A stretch of 63,332 bases of DNA, counting the filler, from Globobulimina sp. (taxonomy: Eukaryota): assembly GCA_003354225.1 (NCBI GenBank). It is 14 parts of 14 records of this genome, joined end to end, with 100 filler letters (N's around TTAATTAATTAA, not from the genome) between each part and the next. Parts side by side here need not be neighbours in the genome. Positions count along the whole stretch, not along the records: positions 58,908 to 63,332 come from PIVH01001258.1; 13 more parts are not named here. One strand, written 5' to 3'. Shown one piece after another: positions 61,919-63,332 of this stretch. Made by a program: the position numbers and the translations under genes. Below the pieces are notes generated by a model. It saw only the letters and a program-made list of their open reading frames with translations, had not been told where the DNA came from and made no database searches. The first letter of the stretch is position 1. Each line of letters begins with the position of its first letter.

Positions 61919-63332
61919 TCAATCAGGCCTGAGGTCTGATTCCAGGCTCACAGATTGCTCAAACATCCCTGTGAGATTTTGTATGGATCCAAAAGAGGAT
62001 CCGGGGTTCAGCGCAAAGCTTTTAAGCTTCGCGCAAGTAATTGAGTTCGTCGCTGGGATTATTAGGTTGCTATTCTTTGGATGTAATCTGCCTACATTGG
62101 CCATTCTGTCAGCGATTCCATTAAATACCTGTTCGCGCGGTTGGGTGTGGGCTTTGATTTTCCACAGTATTATTCGGGTGTCAATGATGTACCGTTGGGT
62201 CTGCCTATAAAGTGCTTTGTATTTCATTTTATTTTTGTTGTGTGGGGTTATTAGGAGGGTTAGGAAGTTTGTCATGGAGTCAGTGAAGAGGATTATTCTT
62301 CTGTTATTTGTGTTTATTGTGAGATGATTGAGGAGGAATTGCGATTTGCCAATCGCGAGTAATTCTCCATAATGTGTGGTTTGCGCTCCTATTGGTTGGG
62401 CGAAGCAATGTATCATATTTTTGTCTTTTATTACAATACCGATTCCTGTGCGGTTGTCATGGCTAGACGCATCGGTCGCAATTAATATGTCATTGGTGTT
62501 TAATCGTTGCTGATATTGGTACCATTCCCTGATGGTGTCATTTCTGGTGTGGTGCATTAGGATGTTGTCATTAATTATATTGTATTTATTCTCGCAGTGT
62601 TGTAGGGTTATTTGGTGATTATTGAGTCTGTAGACGTAATCCAGGAAGATGTGGACATGGGATACAAGGTTTTTATAGAATGTGTTCCTGGCATGGGATA
62701 CGTCTATATTATAATGATTATATTCAAATTGGCGCGATTTTTCGTTGAATCTATTGGCACCGCAGATGATTTTCCATAGTGTTATTCGGTTGGTTAGGAC
62801 ATTGGAGCAGAATTCAATGATTCGCTGCATATATATCTGATTGTGGAAGCGGTTGACTTTGGAGCCAGTCTTGGCCAATGCAAAGCGGGCAAAGTTCCAG
62901 TATATTATTCGGAAGCGATCAAGGATTGGGCAGAAGGCACAGAGGTGCGTTTCTAATGGGATGGAGATGCCTGCATTGCAGAGTGAGCAGTGGTTGGGTT
63001 TTTGGTTGAAGTAATAAAATAACTCGCGGTACTGTTGCACCATCAAATCGGTGACAGTATCCGCGAGGTCGCTGGCCTCATAGGTGTTCATGGGTTTGTA
63101 ATCCGGGAGATAGTGCTGGAGGATGTAGAATGGGTGGAATTTGTTGAATGTGGCAATGACAGATTTGTGTTGTTTTTTTACGATAATTGGCCTTAATTCT
63201 GATGGGCCCTCTACAATATCAAAAACATCAATGGATCGTGGGGATCCTTCAACTATTTTGGTGATTGGCGGGAGCCATTTTGTTTTCATTTCGGAGTATT
63301 GTTTGTAGAGCGTGTATTTTGTGTAATTCGTT
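61919..63332 (-). mobile_element. 3' part of a retroelement polyprotein: CCHC Zn-finger followed by C-terminal RNase H (non-LTR-like); 5'-truncated
   Basis: ORF is open to the contig end and intronless. CSLC..ETHL..FCP Zn-knuckle; RNase H catalytic set ATDAS, GELLAI, LFTDS, KIKAH and N..AD..A. Confidence 0.8.

Noticed and set aside
61487..61922. ORFs with repeated VATQSP / WWRRSR peptides
   Set aside because: Translations of the tandem DNA array; unit lengths are not consistently multiples of three.

Overview
The window is not one locus. It is 14 unrelated contigs of 4,425-4,441 bp, sorted by length and joined by 100-nt artificial linkers (N44-TTAATTAATTAA-N44), so gene neighbourhood is meaningful only within a contig. 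The DNA is AT-rich, gene-dense eukaryotic nuclear sequence with mostly short (~53-70 nt) GT..AG introns. The divergent actin and the gene-family repertoire (PPR, MATH-SAM, kelch/PTS-stalk surface proteins, 7TM) suggest a protist, most likely a foraminiferan/rhizarian; this is inference only. Recognisable genes include a type-B carboxylesterase, FkbM methyltransferase, actin, MIT and TLDc proteins, methylmalonate-semialdehyde dehydrogenase, a CAP-Gly protein, two YjbQ proteins, an M6PR/ATG27-like protein, a SET protein, a RING-EH protein, a PLS-class PPR protein, EF-hand, sulfotransferase, MORN, Tctex-1, aldo-keto reductase, an AAAP transporter, UFD2/UBE4, MATH-SAM, SPFH and the 3' end of an RNase H-bearing retroelement. 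The best leads are: (1) that retroelement end, followed by a 6-unit hairpin array and a four-way-junction sequence; (2) a membrane protein with a complete three-module PCSK9-type Cys-rich domain; (3) a plant-type PLS-E PPR protein; (4) an apparent GA-AG intron; (5) a convergent pair of bacterial-type YjbQ genes with complementary motif losses; (6) a membrane-anchored triple CAP-Gly protein. Several single-base lesions could be assembly errors and need read or RNA checks.
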